A stretch of DNA of 62,499 nt, counting the filler, from Nitrospinae bacterium RIFCSPLOWO2_12_FULL_45_22 (GTDB taxonomy: Bacteria > 2-12-FULL-45-22): assembly GCA_001803565.1 (NCBI GenBank). It is 6 parts of 6 records of this genome, joined end to end, with 100 filler letters (N's around TTAATTAATTAA, not from the genome) between each part and the next. Parts side by side here need not be neighbours in the genome. Positions count along the whole stretch, not along the records: positions 27,402 to 41,617 come from MHDQ01000074.1; positions 41,718 to 50,255 come from MHDQ01000075.1; 4 more parts are not named here. The stretch is one strand, 5' to 3'. A program made the translations under genes and the position numbers. The notes beneath the pieces were generated by a model. It had not been told where the DNA came from and did no database searches. It saw only the letters and a list, made by a program, of their open reading frames with translations. Positions within the stretch are counted from its first letter, which is position 1. Each line of letters begins with the position of its first letter. Shown here piece after piece: positions 38,454 to 47,811 of the stretch.

Positions 38454-39763
38454 TCGCCTGTCCTCCAGCGTTCTTTATAATAGGGATTACGTAATAACCT
38501 GGCCCATTCCTTAGCTATCCCTAATGTCCCAGCAGTACCTGTCCGGGGCACCATAGGTATGGTAGAAAAGACCGTGCCAGGAAGGTCCAATTCCAACGGG
38601 TAGAAGGAGAGGCAGAGTTGGGGCTTTGCTTCTTTGACTTCCTCTTCTATCTCAGCCAGAGAAGTCCTCTTTTTTATAGCCAGGCCAGGCCGTGAAATTC
38701 CTAGATTATTTATCCTTTCTGCCGAAGTATCTTCGGGCATAAGGGAGAAAATATTAATGGCCTGGAACTCCATCCCAGCCTGATCAATCAGCTCTACTAA
38801 CCACTCTATATTTTTATCCAGGGTATTAATTATCACCCTTTTGCCAGCCAGAAACATCCTGAGAGGTTGGATAGTTTGGTAAAATCTGCTTTTTTCTTGC
38901 CCGATAAGTTCTGCGGCCTTTTCTTCTTGCCGAAAATACTTTCCTAATTCCTCCAGCCAGGCTTCTGTCTCAGCCAGTCCGGTAGGAAAATCTCGCGCTA
39001 AATATTCCTGACCAAATTTTTCTTTTAATATCTGAGCCACCAAAAGGCCGGTTTCGTATGAGCTAATAAGATTTAGTCGAGATTCAGCCATAGTTTTTAT
39101 TTCTGTCAAAGTAGTTTCTTTAGCAAAGCGGGTATGGACACTAATACCCAGGCAGTCCAACCACCTCTTTATCTCTTTATAGTTCCAGTCTACCTCGGAG
39201 GACATGCTCTTCTCACCCAGGATATTCACCCGGTCAGAGAACCTATCTCTGGGAGGGGCTACCAGGTTTTCAATCAGGTCCCGACAGGCATTCCTCACAC
39301 CCTTCTCGTACCCACCACCCATAAATCCCCCTGACTCAATAACTAATATAGGGATGCCTAACTCCCGCTCCAACTCTTTAGCAATGGCTCTAATGTTGTC
39401 CCCAATGACTTCTACCGCACAGGCAGAGACAATGCTGATCAGATTAGGTCTGTGCCGTTGATAGACTTCTAAAACAACCTCTTTTAATCGGCCTTCTCCA
39501 CCAAATACCATATCCGCTTCCTGTAGACAAGTGCTGACCATACGTGGCGGAGAGAGGGGTACGGCTAATTGGTCATTTATGATCTGTCTGCGCAAGGCCA
39601 TGGATACTTGCATAGCAATATTTTGGTGGATGCAACCTACCGGCCCATGGATTATGACCATACTATCTTTTATCTGCTCAGCTATTACTGCTGCGCCGGC
39701 CATGGTACAGCCATATTGAAGACCTCTGAACCGTGGACTGCTATCTTTACCACATAGCTCCAT
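38450..39763 (-). CDS. Nitrogenase component-1-like oxidoreductase, first subunit
   Basis: Cys19, Cys44 (HGPVGC), Cys115 (ACAVEVIGDN), MVFGGE. Confidence 0.85.
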   Translation of the reverse strand: MELCGKDSSPRFRGLQYGCTMAGAAVIAEQIKDSMVIIHGPVGCIHQNIAMQVSMALRRQIINDQLAVPLSPPRMVSTCLQEADMVFGGEGRLKEVVLEVYQRHRPNLISIVSACAVEVIGDNIRAIAKELERELGIPILVIESGGFMGGGYEKGVRNACRDLIENLVAPPRDRFSDRVNILGEKSMSSEVDWNYKEIKRWLDCLGISVHTRFAKETTLTEIKTMAESRLNLISSYETGLLVAQILKEKFGQEYLARDFPTGLAETEAWLEELGKYFRQEEKAAELIGQEKSRFYQTIQPLRMFLAGKRVIINTLDKNIEWLVELIDQAGMEFQAINIFSLMPEDTSAERINNLGISRPGLAIKKRTSLAEIEEEVKEAKPQLCLSFYPLELDLPGTVFSTIPMVPRTGTAGTLGIAKEWARLLRNPYYKERWRTGD

Positions 39764-39964
39764 AATACAATATCATTTGCCTCCCATACAGGCTGTACGC
39801 ATCCCAGAAGTTTTTTGCAGAATAGTCCTTTACATCTGTTCTTGTTCTATTCATAATAATACCCATAAAAAGATTGGTATCTAGCGGAATTACTAGACGG
39901 ACTTAGTATATCACTATATGTTTTTTCTATCCATTATCTGTTCGACAATAAACAGGTACTAACG

Positions 39965-41449
39965 ATGACAGATAATTTATCCTGCCCGATATGTAAATTG
40001 GAGTCACCAGAATTTCAGATAACTGACGGTACTGGTGATTACGGTGAGGAAATAATATGCAATTGTGCACGCTGTGGCAAGTTTTTGATATCCAAAACAA
40101 CCGCTGCTGAAATCAATAAGAAGGGCATCGATGTTCGTACCAAGGTTTCATCATGGCTTAGAATGCAGAATGAGTTTCAGAAGCCCATGCCAAAAATAAA
40201 GATTAATGATGGTACTTTGGCTGAAATATTAAAGAATTTACCTAGCTATACCCCGTTCCAGAAACAATCTATACTATTAAATGCATTGGCAAACAAATCA
40301 GAATATCCCGGGAAGCCTATTTTATTCATTCCCAGATTTGATTACCCTCTTGCATGGGCAATCAACGAGGATGAATTAGTTTTTCATACAAAATCTCTGT
40401 TGGAAAGGAATTTGATTGATAGTACCGAAAATAATGAACTTAATAAGTATACCCTAACGACAGATATAATTGTGACTGTACACGGCTGGGATTACTTTCA
40501 AAAACATTTATCAAAACAAGTTTCTTCTGGAAATATCCCATGGGAACCTAATTTTCAACATGGGTCATTGGATGCCGAAACACAGGAATCGCATTGGGAT
40601 GTTTTTATTTCGCATGCAAGCGAGGACAAAAAAGATGTAGTTGAGCCCCTAGCAAAAGAATTGAGAAGTCGAAATTTGAAAGTATGGTATGACAAATGGG
40701 TCTTAAAAATTGGGGATCGTTTATTAGAAAAAATCGACCATGGGTTGTTACAGTCGCGCTACGGTATAGTTGTATTAAGCCCCAACTTTTTAAGGAAAGA
40801 CTGGCCCAAAAATGAACTTGATGGTTTAATACAAAAAGAAGTTGGGGGGAGAAAAGTAATCCTTCCTATTTGGCATAATTTGCGTAGAAGTGAAATCATA
40901 TCTTATTCTCCAATTTTGGCAGGCAGGTTAGCAGGCTCAACCGAGACAGGCATTAAGGCATTGGCCGAAGAACTTATTGAGGCTATGGAAGATTTGCCAA
41001 TACAAACAGAAGAAGTAGTTATATCCAAATCATTCGATATAAATGCTTCTTTTAAGAATGTGCGCATTACTGGTGATCTCCATAGATATTCTTTCATTTT
41101 TGGTATAACTCTCAATACCCCACCAGCTAAAAAGAATTTTCTGGTAAGATTATATTGGCCCGCTTTTATAAGAGTAACTATGAATAGAGATTTTACGAAT
41201 AGTCGTACAGTGATTAGGGATGGTAACGACTTTACAGAGTATTCCTATCAAAGTGAACAACGGCTTTATCCTGGAGACACATTCGAGGTCGTGTCTCCAA
41301 AAGGAAGAACTGAACTCGAATATGAGTTTGATCATAACATATGGTCTAAAGTGGAGCATGGTAAACATGAAATTTTATGGGAGATTTATTTTGAAGATCA
41401 ATTGCCAGTAAAAGGATCAATAAACTTTAAACAATTGAACATTTTCTAA
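39965..41449 (+). CDS. TIR-domain protein with N-terminal Zn-ribbon/wHTH-like region
   Basis: CPIC..CARCG; WDVFISHASEDK, VWYD, VLSPNF, WPKNEL; lower GC than neighbours. Confidence 0.9.
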   Translation: MTDNLSCPICKLESPEFQITDGTGDYGEEIICNCARCGKFLISKTTAAEINKKGIDVRTKVSSWLRMQNEFQKPMPKIKINDGTLAEILKNLPSYTPFQKQSILLNALANKSEYPGKPILFIPRFDYPLAWAINEDELVFHTKSLLERNLIDSTENNELNKYTLTTDIIVTVHGWDYFQKHLSKQVSSGNIPWEPNFQHGSLDAETQESHWDVFISHASEDKKDVVEPLAKELRSRNLKVWYDKWVLKIGDRLLEKIDHGLLQSRYGIVVLSPNFLRKDWPKNELDGLIQKEVGGRKVILPIWHNLRRSEIISYSPILAGRLAGSTETGIKALAEELIEAMEDLPIQTEEVVISKSFDINASFKNVRITGDLHRYSFIFGITLNTPPAKKNFLVRLYWPAFIRVTMNRDFTNSRTVIRDGNDFTEYSYQSEQRLYPGDTFEVVSPKGRTELEYEFDHNIWSKVEHGKHEILWEIYFEDQLPVKGSINFKQLNIF

Positions 41450-41467
41450 TAAGGACAGAAATAAAAT

Positions 41468-41524
41468 AGCGAACAAATCAATCCAGCCGACTCGTTATAC
41501 TCGCGGCTGATTTTCACGTTCAAA
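41468..41524 (+). mobile_element. Integron attC-like site
   Basis: R'' AGCGAAC, 5 nt, L'' AATCCAGC ... L' GCTGATT, 5 nt, R' GTTCAAA; one extrahelical base in L''. Confidence 0.75.
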
Positions 41525-41543
41525 CGTTATGCACACAAATTAA

Positions 41544-41572
41544 TTGACAAAAACACAGGTATGATATAAAGT
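41544..41572 (+). promoter_or_regulatory. Putative sigma70 promoter
   Basis: TTGACA-17 nt-TAAAGT before ATG 41589. Confidence 0.55.
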
Positions 41573-41588
41573 AATACTAGAGGTACCT

Positions 41589-41617
41589 ATGGGCAAAAGA
41601 AAAATTGCAATAACTTT
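41589..41617 (+). CDS. Start of a probable RHH/CopG antitoxin (partial)
   Basis: GAGG RBS then MGKRKIAIT, cut by contig end. Confidence 0.4.
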
Positions 41618-41717
41618 NNNNNNNNNNNNNNNNNNNNNNNNNNNNNNNNNNNNNNNNNNNNTTAATTAATTAANNNNNNNNNNNNNNNNNNNNNNNNNNN
41701 NNNNNNNNNNNNNNNNN
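41618..41717. other. Artificial contig linker
   Basis: N-TTAATTAATTAA-N, 100 bp. Confidence 0.98.
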
Positions 41718-41736
41718 CTCCTCAATACTAATGATT

Positions 41737-41952
41737 TTATATCAAATTTTTACGTGAGTAAAGCAGATAGGCAGTTTTTATTATTATCCTTGGACGGGTA
41801 AGAACTTCGGCAAGTTCCTGAAGCATGGGCTCAGAGATGACAACATGGAAATCGCCTTGTTCAAAGGATTTTCGTAACCTTGCAGGAAAGCCGAAAGGAT
41901 TGAGTAAAGAAGAGACCCAGATGTTGGTGTCAATAACAGCCTTAACGGCCAC
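41737..41952 (-). pseudogene. PIN-domain toxin, truncated
   Basis: [14 protein letters not shown]...SEPMLQELAEVLTRPRI, then homology lost; only 71 aa. Confidence 0.75.
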
Positions 41953-42181
41953 GTTTTTCTTCTCTGACCTCTTTTATGGCATGGGAAATATCGGATTCTA
42001 TCTCTTCAGAGGTGTATTGTGTAGCTTTTTTGTGTATCTTCTCTATAATGCGGTTAAATCGACTCTGCCATTCATCAAGATAGATTATCTTTATAGTAAC
42101 TTTTTCATGTTCTTTTGCCTCCACCTCTTGAAGAGGTTTAAAAACACCGTTTTCAAAAACAGCATCTATTATTTTAGACAT
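41942..42181 (-). CDS. AF2212/DUF104-like antitoxin
   Basis: [13 protein letters not shown]; overlaps the PIN gene. Confidence 0.8.
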   Translation of the reverse strand: MSKIIDAVFENGVFKPLQEVEAKEHEKVTIKIIYLDEWQSRFNRIIEKIHKKATQYTSEEIESDISHAIKEVREEKRGR

Positions 42182-42199
42182 GAGTGTGATACCTCCTTA

Positions 42200-42478
42200 T
42201 CATATTCTTAGTATAACATCAATGTTCGTGGTCCCGAAGGCCTTTTTCACAGCGTCTTCAATCTTCGCTGAATCAAGGCTCAAATCTTTTATACAACCTT
42301 TTTTTTCAAGCCGTCCTTCGAGATAAAGAGATATAGAACTCTTGATGTCATCTATGGGTGTCATTAATACCTCAAATTCTTTGCCCGCGGTATCTCTTGC
42401 TATTTCAGCCGGAATAGACAGATGCCCATCTGGAAGGACTTTACCTATAAACTTGTATGCCTTATTTAAGGTTTGCAT
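42200..42478 (-). CDS. Hypothetical antitoxin-like protein, possibly truncated
   Basis: YKFIGKVLPDGHLSIP N-terminus; TA neighbourhood. Confidence 0.45.
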   Translation of the reverse strand: MQTLNKAYKFIGKVLPDGHLSIPAEIARDTAGKEFEVLMTPIDDIKSSISLYLEGRLEKKGCIKDLSLDSAKIEDAVKKAFGTTNIDVILRI

Positions 42479-42596
42479 GTTACTATTTTTAATTTGCCCA
42501 TCCCTTTTTGTCAAGGGATATCTAAACAAAACCGATTCGTTTTGCGTTTTGTATTTACCATATAAATAAGCCACTGTCAAAAAACGGAGAGATAGG

Positions 42597-42734
42597 GCAG
42601 CAATTCTCGGTCAAAATTCTCCTGAGATTGCTTCGTCGCTGAAGCTCCTCGCAATGACATTATGAAAAATTTTTCGGACGTTGCGAGCGGAGCGAAGCAA
42701 TCCCAAAGCTCTTTAGATTGACCGAGAATTACTG
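42597..42734. repeat. Nested palindromic element
   Basis: Outer AATTCTCGGTCAA/TTGACCGAGAATT; inner GAGATTGCTTCGTCGCT..CTCGCAATGAC and TTGCGAGCGGAGCGAAGCAATC. Confidence 0.8.
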
Positions 42735-42878
42735 GGTATTCATTAATATGGAACCCACCAATGGTAGGTACGAGCCGCTTCTCGGCTATATTATTTTAGA
42801 GCAATCGCGCGCAGCTATTGATATGGTTGGTCATCGTCTGGTCCAGGTAAAATATATGGATCTGAAGAAGGGAGTTAT

Positions 42879-43856
42879 CTATTCATAAATATCGGGATTG
42901 AGGAGGTTGGGGGGGCGTTTCCCTTCAAAAACTGCTTTGATGTTTTCTCCACACATAGTACCCATCCGGGTGCGGGTCTCCAGGGTGGCGCTGCCGATAT
43001 GGGGAGTAATCACCACATTAGGGAGCGCTATTAGCCCAGGAGCTAATTCTGGCTCCTTCTCGAATACATCTAATCCAGCCCCAGCCAGCAGGCCGTCTCT
43101 TAGCGCCTGGACCAGCGCCTTTTCATCTACACACTCCCCGCGGGCGGTATTGATGAGGAAGGCAGTCTTTTTCATCTGTCTCATCTCGTTTTCTCCGATA
43201 ATTCCCCTGGTCTCGGGTGTCAGAGGGCAGTGGAGTGATACAAAGTCCGATTCCCTTAAAAGCTCGTCCAGGGAGGTGTAAGTGGCGTTAAGGCTTTGCT
43301 CAATCTGACATGGCAGCCGGGTGCGGTTGAGATAAAGGATCCGCATTTTGAATCCTGAGCCCCGCCGGGCTACGGCTTGGCCGATCCTCCCCATACCGAT
43401 AATTCCGAAGGTCTTGCCGAAGATATCTGCCCCGAGGAACAATGTGGGGCTAAAGCCGCTCCATTTACCTTGTCGGCTGAAGGCATCAGCAGCAGGAATT
43501 TGGCGCGCCACGGCCATCAGTACCGAAAAAGCCAGATCAGCCGTGGTCTCTGTCAAAACCCCTGGGGTATTGGTGGCGGGTATTCTCTGGGCGCTACAGG
43601 CCCTCAGGTCAATATTGTTAAACCCGACCGCGTAATTAGCCACTATCCTGAGCTGTGGCCCCGCGGCGTCAAGGATTTCTCCGTCTACCCGATGGGAAAG
43701 TTGTGGCAACAAGGCATCAGCCCCTTTTACCTCCCGTAGAAACTCCTCCCGGCTAATAGGCCGCTCCTCAGCAAAGATGCGTAAGTGGACAAAGCTACCG
43801 AGATAGTCCAGGGCTGGCTGGCAAATACGGCGGGGGAGGTAAATGATTGGCTTCAT
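42879..43856 (-). CDS. D-2-hydroxyacid dehydrogenase (glyoxylate reductase/D-glycerate dehydrogenase)
   Basis: AVGFNNID, NTPGVLTETTAD, GMGRIG, INTARG, DVFEKEP, PHIGSAT. Confidence 0.92.
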   Translation of the reverse strand: MKPIIYLPRRICQPALDYLGSFVHLRIFAEERPISREEFLREVKGADALLPQLSHRVDGEILDAAGPQLRIVANYAVGFNNIDLRACSAQRIPATNTPGVLTETTADLAFSVLMAVARQIPAADAFSRQGKWSGFSPTLFLGADIFGKTFGIIGMGRIGQAVARRGSGFKMRILYLNRTRLPCQIEQSLNATYTSLDELLRESDFVSLHCPLTPETRGIIGENEMRQMKKTAFLINTARGECVDEKALVQALRDGLLAGAGLDVFEKEPELAPGLIALPNVVITPHIGSATLETRTRMGTMCGENIKAVFEGKRPPNLLNPDIYE

Positions 43857-44440
43857 CTTGTCTTCCTCGGGCGGATGCTAGCAGGTTTGAAGAGAAAAGG
43901 ACTGGCTGTACCTACAATAGTAACTACAGTAGCCAACAAGACTACTACCCTACCGAGCAACCGATACCAATATCCAATCCTCTCTTTGTCTATTGCCCCC
44001 TTTTTAAAAATACCAACGATCTTTTCCACATCATCTATACCTGATTGGAAGGTTATAAGATGTTCCCCTTCCTGAGTGAATATATTCCTGGCTTCATAAT
44101 AGCCTGCTACACCCTTTTGTTCAGAGGCGATCAAGGTCTTTTCTTTTCTGTCTGGGTACTTAATATTGACCTTGGCTTCTAAACCGCTCACATAAAAGCC
44201 GGTTTCGGCCAACTGTACTTCAAAGACCAGCCTAATGGATTCTTTTATAAAAAGGGTTTGGGGATAGGACAAGAATTTTATCCGATAACCGTCACTCCGG
44301 ACTTCCTGTTCCCATTGGACATCTTCTTGATATTCCCCTGCTTCTTCAGCCTCTACCACCAGACCACCATGATGGGCAAAAGATACCGAAGGTACCGATA
44401 TAAGCACGATGAATAATAAGGACAGAACAGTTTTTATCAA
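43853..44440 (-). CDS. Exported YtkA/FixH-like protein with C-terminal TM
   Basis: Signal SFA|HHGG, Ig-like GYYEA...GEHLITF, C-terminal hydrophobic helix. Confidence 0.55.
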   Translation of the reverse strand: MIKTVLSLLFIVLISVPSVSFAHHGGLVVEAEEAGEYQEDVQWEQEVRSDGYRIKFLSYPQTLFIKESIRLVFEVQLAETGFYVSGLEAKVNIKYPDRKEKTLIASEQKGVAGYYEARNIFTQEGEHLITFQSGIDDVEKIVGIFKKGAIDKERIGYWYRLLGRVVVLLATVVTIVGTASPFLFKPASIRPRKTR

Positions 44441-44611
44441 GAGCCTAATTGTGCAATGTTATATTTTGGCAAGCATTATTCATAACCAGACGCAAGGACG
44501 TGTCCGGGAGGCGTGCCATCGTGTCTGTATACCGGAGACGGTTCACGGACACCGAGACGGCTTCAAGGCGTCCCTTTGTGCTCTTTGCGGCTTTGCGGTG
44601 CATAATTTGAA

Positions 44612-45097
44612 TTAAATATTGGATAGGCTCAAGGTCTCTCCCAGGGCAACTATCACCATAACCAGCAGGAGATTTATCTTTGCCAGGGTCTTAAACTTTA
44701 TCCAGGCCCTGTGTGAATCATGAGGGGTAGCCTTACTCCTATCCCCTATAATAAGCGGTATACAGTCCTTCTGGATGAATATTCCGTTAATAACGATAAT
44801 TATATACAGTATAATTTTAGCTAGCATAATCCAGCCATAGGGTTGAGGTAAAAATATAATGCCGGGATCAGACCAGAGTATCAGCCGGGAAAGGCCACTT
44901 ATGAATAGCAATAGGATGCCTATCTCCATAAGGTGGGATATGGCGGGCAAGTTCCCGGAAATAAGTGGTGGTAATGGGTTTCCAGGATTATTTTTCGCTT
45001 TTGTGGTTAAGACAGCGAACCATATATGGCCCCCACCGAAGATCATCAGGCCAATTATATGTAAGAGCATAAATATGAATTCCAGATAGGGAATCAT
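44612..45097 (-). CDS. Four-TM membrane protein, CopD/DUF4149-like
   Basis: LLHIIGLMIFGGGH, LLFISG, YGWIMLAKIIL. Confidence 0.55.
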   Translation of the reverse strand: MIPYLEFIFMLLHIIGLMIFGGGHIWFAVLTTKAKNNPGNPLPPLISGNLPAISHLMEIGILLLFISGLSRLILWSDPGIIFLPQPYGWIMLAKIILYIIIVINGIFIQKDCIPLIIGDRSKATPHDSHRAWIKFKTLAKINLLLVMVIVALGETLSLSNI

Positions 45098-45099
45098 AA

Positions 45100-45681
45100 T
45101 TATTCGTATTCTCTGCGGGAAGTCTGGAGAATAGCAATAACCATAACTATTATCAATGATACAGTGACACCAATAGCGACAAAGCTAGCTATGGTAGCTA
45201 CTTTTGCCTTACTCAGGGCCTCTTTTGCTGAGGCAGATTCCTTGCTATCCCCACCCTCTTTTACCAGGGTCTGAAAATTCCAGTTGCTCCTTTCACCGTC
45301 TTCATAGTCCTGATAGGCCGTCCACAGAAAGGAGCCGGTTTTTGCGGGCGTTTTCGCTATAAACTTAAACTCTTCAAAGGTCAAAGGCGGGATATTACCC
45401 CCGGACCATTTGATCTTCCGGACAAAGCCTGCAGTATCTCTTTCCGTAGAAAAGGACCATTTCTCTTTGCTTCCTATCGCCTCTACCTCATAGCCAGCCG
45501 GGATGACCACCTCGACTTTGGTAGTAGGTGATTCTACCTCAGTAGGGACATTTATACTGTACACACCCCATTTGTTGGGCTCTCCTTTTTGGGGAGAGAT
45601 GTCTATATGGGCTTTAGCATATTCCGGGGTTATAAATATAATGATAAAGGCAATGCTGAGTAGCAGACAAACCCTGGTCAT
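45100..45681 (-). CDS. YcnI/DUF1775 copper-binding membrane protein
   Basis: AKA|HIDISP, NVPTE, IKWSGG, F.F.AKTP, AYQDYEDG..W, C-terminal TM. Confidence 0.82.
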   Translation of the reverse strand: MTRVCLLLSIAFIIIFITPEYAKAHIDISPQKGEPNKWGVYSINVPTEVESPTTKVEVVIPAGYEVEAIGSKEKWSFSTERDTAGFVRKIKWSGGNIPPLTFEEFKFIAKTPAKTGSFLWTAYQDYEDGERSNWNFQTLVKEGGDSKESASAKEALSKAKVATIASFVAIGVTVSLIIVMVIAILQTSRREYE

Positions 45682-45697
45682 ATCCCTAATTCCTCCT

Positions 45698-47239
45698 TCA
45701 CATGGCGGTCCGCATCTCCATCGGCTGTCTCATCAGCCATAGACTAACGAAGGCGCACAAGAATAAAAAAATTAGCAGCAATATATGGCTCCTAAATGCC
45801 CGTCTCTGGTCAGCAAAGCTCTGCTGGGACATTATTCCAGCGATATAGGCAGCATAGCCATATCCTATGACCAGTAACAATGACTGAATATACCATATGA
45901 CAGATAAAGAGATCAGTGGTTTTGGGCTCCAGGCCGCAGTGCCCAATAGGTCCCATTGCCAGCCAAAAGGGTCTGATATGAGCGGTATCAATTTTTGCCC
46001 TTCCTGTAATAGGTGTTGGCTATTGTGGGCCAGATGGTAGAATAGAGCCAGGGGCAAAATGGGATAAGTAAAATTGATAAAGACCTTTTTTAACGGAATA
46101 TCTTCTTGTCGTAAAGACCCCTTTATAATCCAGGAAAAGAGGAAGTAAATTAGCCCTGGAATTATAATTATTGCCGCCATAGCCAGGGTGAAGGAAGGGA
46201 GGTATCCCAGGTTTAACTGGCTCCCTAACTTTGTTGAAATAGTCCGCCAGTAAGGGGTCATAGTCAAGCCATGGAACAGGGTCAGGCTGAGCATAACTAA
46301 AGATAGGATGGCTTCATCGGTCTTGGGCTGGACAGCTTTAACCAGATCAGTAGCGAAGGGTCTTAGGTTGAAAGAGACATTATCTCTCGGGCAGGTCTTT
46401 ATACATTCGGTACATAATATACAATAGGTATTCGTCACCATATTACCCAGATATTCGAAGGTCGGACAACCATAACCGCTGTCATTACCCTTCAGGCAAT
46501 CTTTAGTCTTGCAGGCCGCACAGATATTCTTATCTCTGGCCCTTAATTCGCTGGAGGCAAACATCGCATAGAGTCCACTTATCCTCCCAACCAGGCAGGC
46601 ATAGCGGCAAAAGGATTTCCTCTCAAATATTATAGCCGGTAATATAGTTATAGAAAGCATTACTATACCCAGATAAGCCGTGGCCTTGGGGCTGAAAGTT
46701 ACCCCATACCCTAATTCTAGCCAGGTAAGCAGGATAAAAAGGCCGATAGCCAGATAAATATTCCTGAGTCTCTTGGGCCAAGGCAAATTTAAACTAAAGA
46801 TATCTTTTTTTACTTTCCAAAGGCCCAGCCTTTGCAACCAGCTAGCTATAGCATCCCAGGGACACATAAGACACCACAACTTCCCCATAAATACAATAGC
46901 AATGATAATCCCTGTCCACCAGATAGTCCAGGTTAGAATCGGGGCTATATTCCTGGCTGGGTAGCTGGTGCCATATAAGCCCGCATAGATTATCAGGAGA
47001 AATAAGAATACCCCGGGGAGCTGAATCATGGTCTGGAAAGGTCTCTTATTTGCCAGGGACTTAATGAGGGTAATATTCAATAGGTCATACTTCGGGTAAT
47101 TCTCTGTTGTTGTCCGCCCTTTGATAAAGATAATAAGTATAATACCAGACAGTAACCCTATAGCCGCCAAAGAGCATAGGAAGAGGTAATCAGGCATGCC
47201 CTGCATCGCTTCTTCTTCCATTTGCATCAGGTGATGCAT
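45698..47239 (-). CDS. Membrane polyferredoxin (4Fe-4S binding)
   Basis: GKLWCLMCPW, FCRYAC, CAAC..DC..GCP, CILCTECIKTCP; YHLAHN; His/Met-rich termini. Confidence 0.82.
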   Translation of the reverse strand: MHHLMQMEEEAMQGMPDYLFLCSLAAIGLLSGIILIIFIKGRTTTENYPKYDLLNITLIKSLANKRPFQTMIQLPGVFLFLLIIYAGLYGTSYPARNIAPILTWTIWWTGIIIAIVFMGKLWCLMCPWDAIASWLQRLGLWKVKKDIFSLNLPWPKRLRNIYLAIGLFILLTWLELGYGVTFSPKATAYLGIVMLSITILPAIIFERKSFCRYACLVGRISGLYAMFASSELRARDKNICAACKTKDCLKGNDSGYGCPTFEYLGNMVTNTYCILCTECIKTCPRDNVSFNLRPFATDLVKAVQPKTDEAILSLVMLSLTLFHGLTMTPYWRTISTKLGSQLNLGYLPSFTLAMAAIIIIPGLIYFLFSWIIKGSLRQEDIPLKKVFINFTYPILPLALFYHLAHNSQHLLQEGQKLIPLISDPFGWQWDLLGTAAWSPKPLISLSVIWYIQSLLLVIGYGYAAYIAGIMSQQSFADQRRAFRSHILLLIFLFLCAFVSLWLMRQPMEMRTAM

Positions 47240-47249
47240 ATGCGCCTGG

Positions 47250-47774
47250 TTAATTGCTCGTCTCCTTATTACAAATTGCTAATCTCCCCTTCCGGAGAAA
47301 GGCCACTAAGGCTATAGCTACTACCAGAAAAACGCCTATCAGGCCCAGAAAGATCATGCTGGGGCCTTTTCCATTACCAATCTGAACAGCAGTATGAACT
47401 TTTTGCTCACTATCCCCAACCTGGAACTGGACCCCTATTTCGTACTTACCTCTTTTTGGCCAGATATGTTGCACTTCATAGAACCCCTTGCCAAATCGGT
47501 TTGCCGTGTATTGCCTTGTCTGATCCTTTTCCCCTGAAGGGTAGACCGAAATTACGACCCTGCTTTTGACTGGCTCCTTCGTTTTATAATCTTCTATATA
47601 TACTATAATCTCCCCTATCTCGCCCGGCTGTGGTACTTCGGGGAATGGTGCCAGCTTTACCAAAAAAACTCCGGCATAGATTTCCTTAAAGACCAGATTT
47701 TCTGTGGGCAAATGGGCCAGAGAATTTATAGGCAGGATAATTAAGATCAATATCAAGGCAAAACCACTGGCCAT
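47250..47774 (-). CDS. Exported YtkA/FixH-like protein with C-terminal TM
   Basis: Signal SLA|HLPT, PEVPQPG, GFYEV..WPKRGKYEI; start uncertain. Confidence 0.6.
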   Translation of the reverse strand: MASGFALILILIILPINSLAHLPTENLVFKEIYAGVFLVKLAPFPEVPQPGEIGEIIVYIEDYKTKEPVKSRVVISVYPSGEKDQTRQYTANRFGKGFYEVQHIWPKRGKYEIGVQFQVGDSEQKVHTAVQIGNGKGPSMIFLGLIGVFLVVAIALVAFLRKGRLAICNKETSN

Positions 47775-47811
47775 AGGGGATATGGAAGGGGGAAGGCCAT
47801 TAGGAGGAGAT

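Noticed and set aside
37131-39763. Nitrogen fixation genes nifDK or nifEN
   Set aside because: No FeMo-co Cys/His equivalents visible and no nif context
41589-41952. Antitoxin start and PIN toxin as one TA locus
   Set aside because: Separated by a linker and on opposite strands
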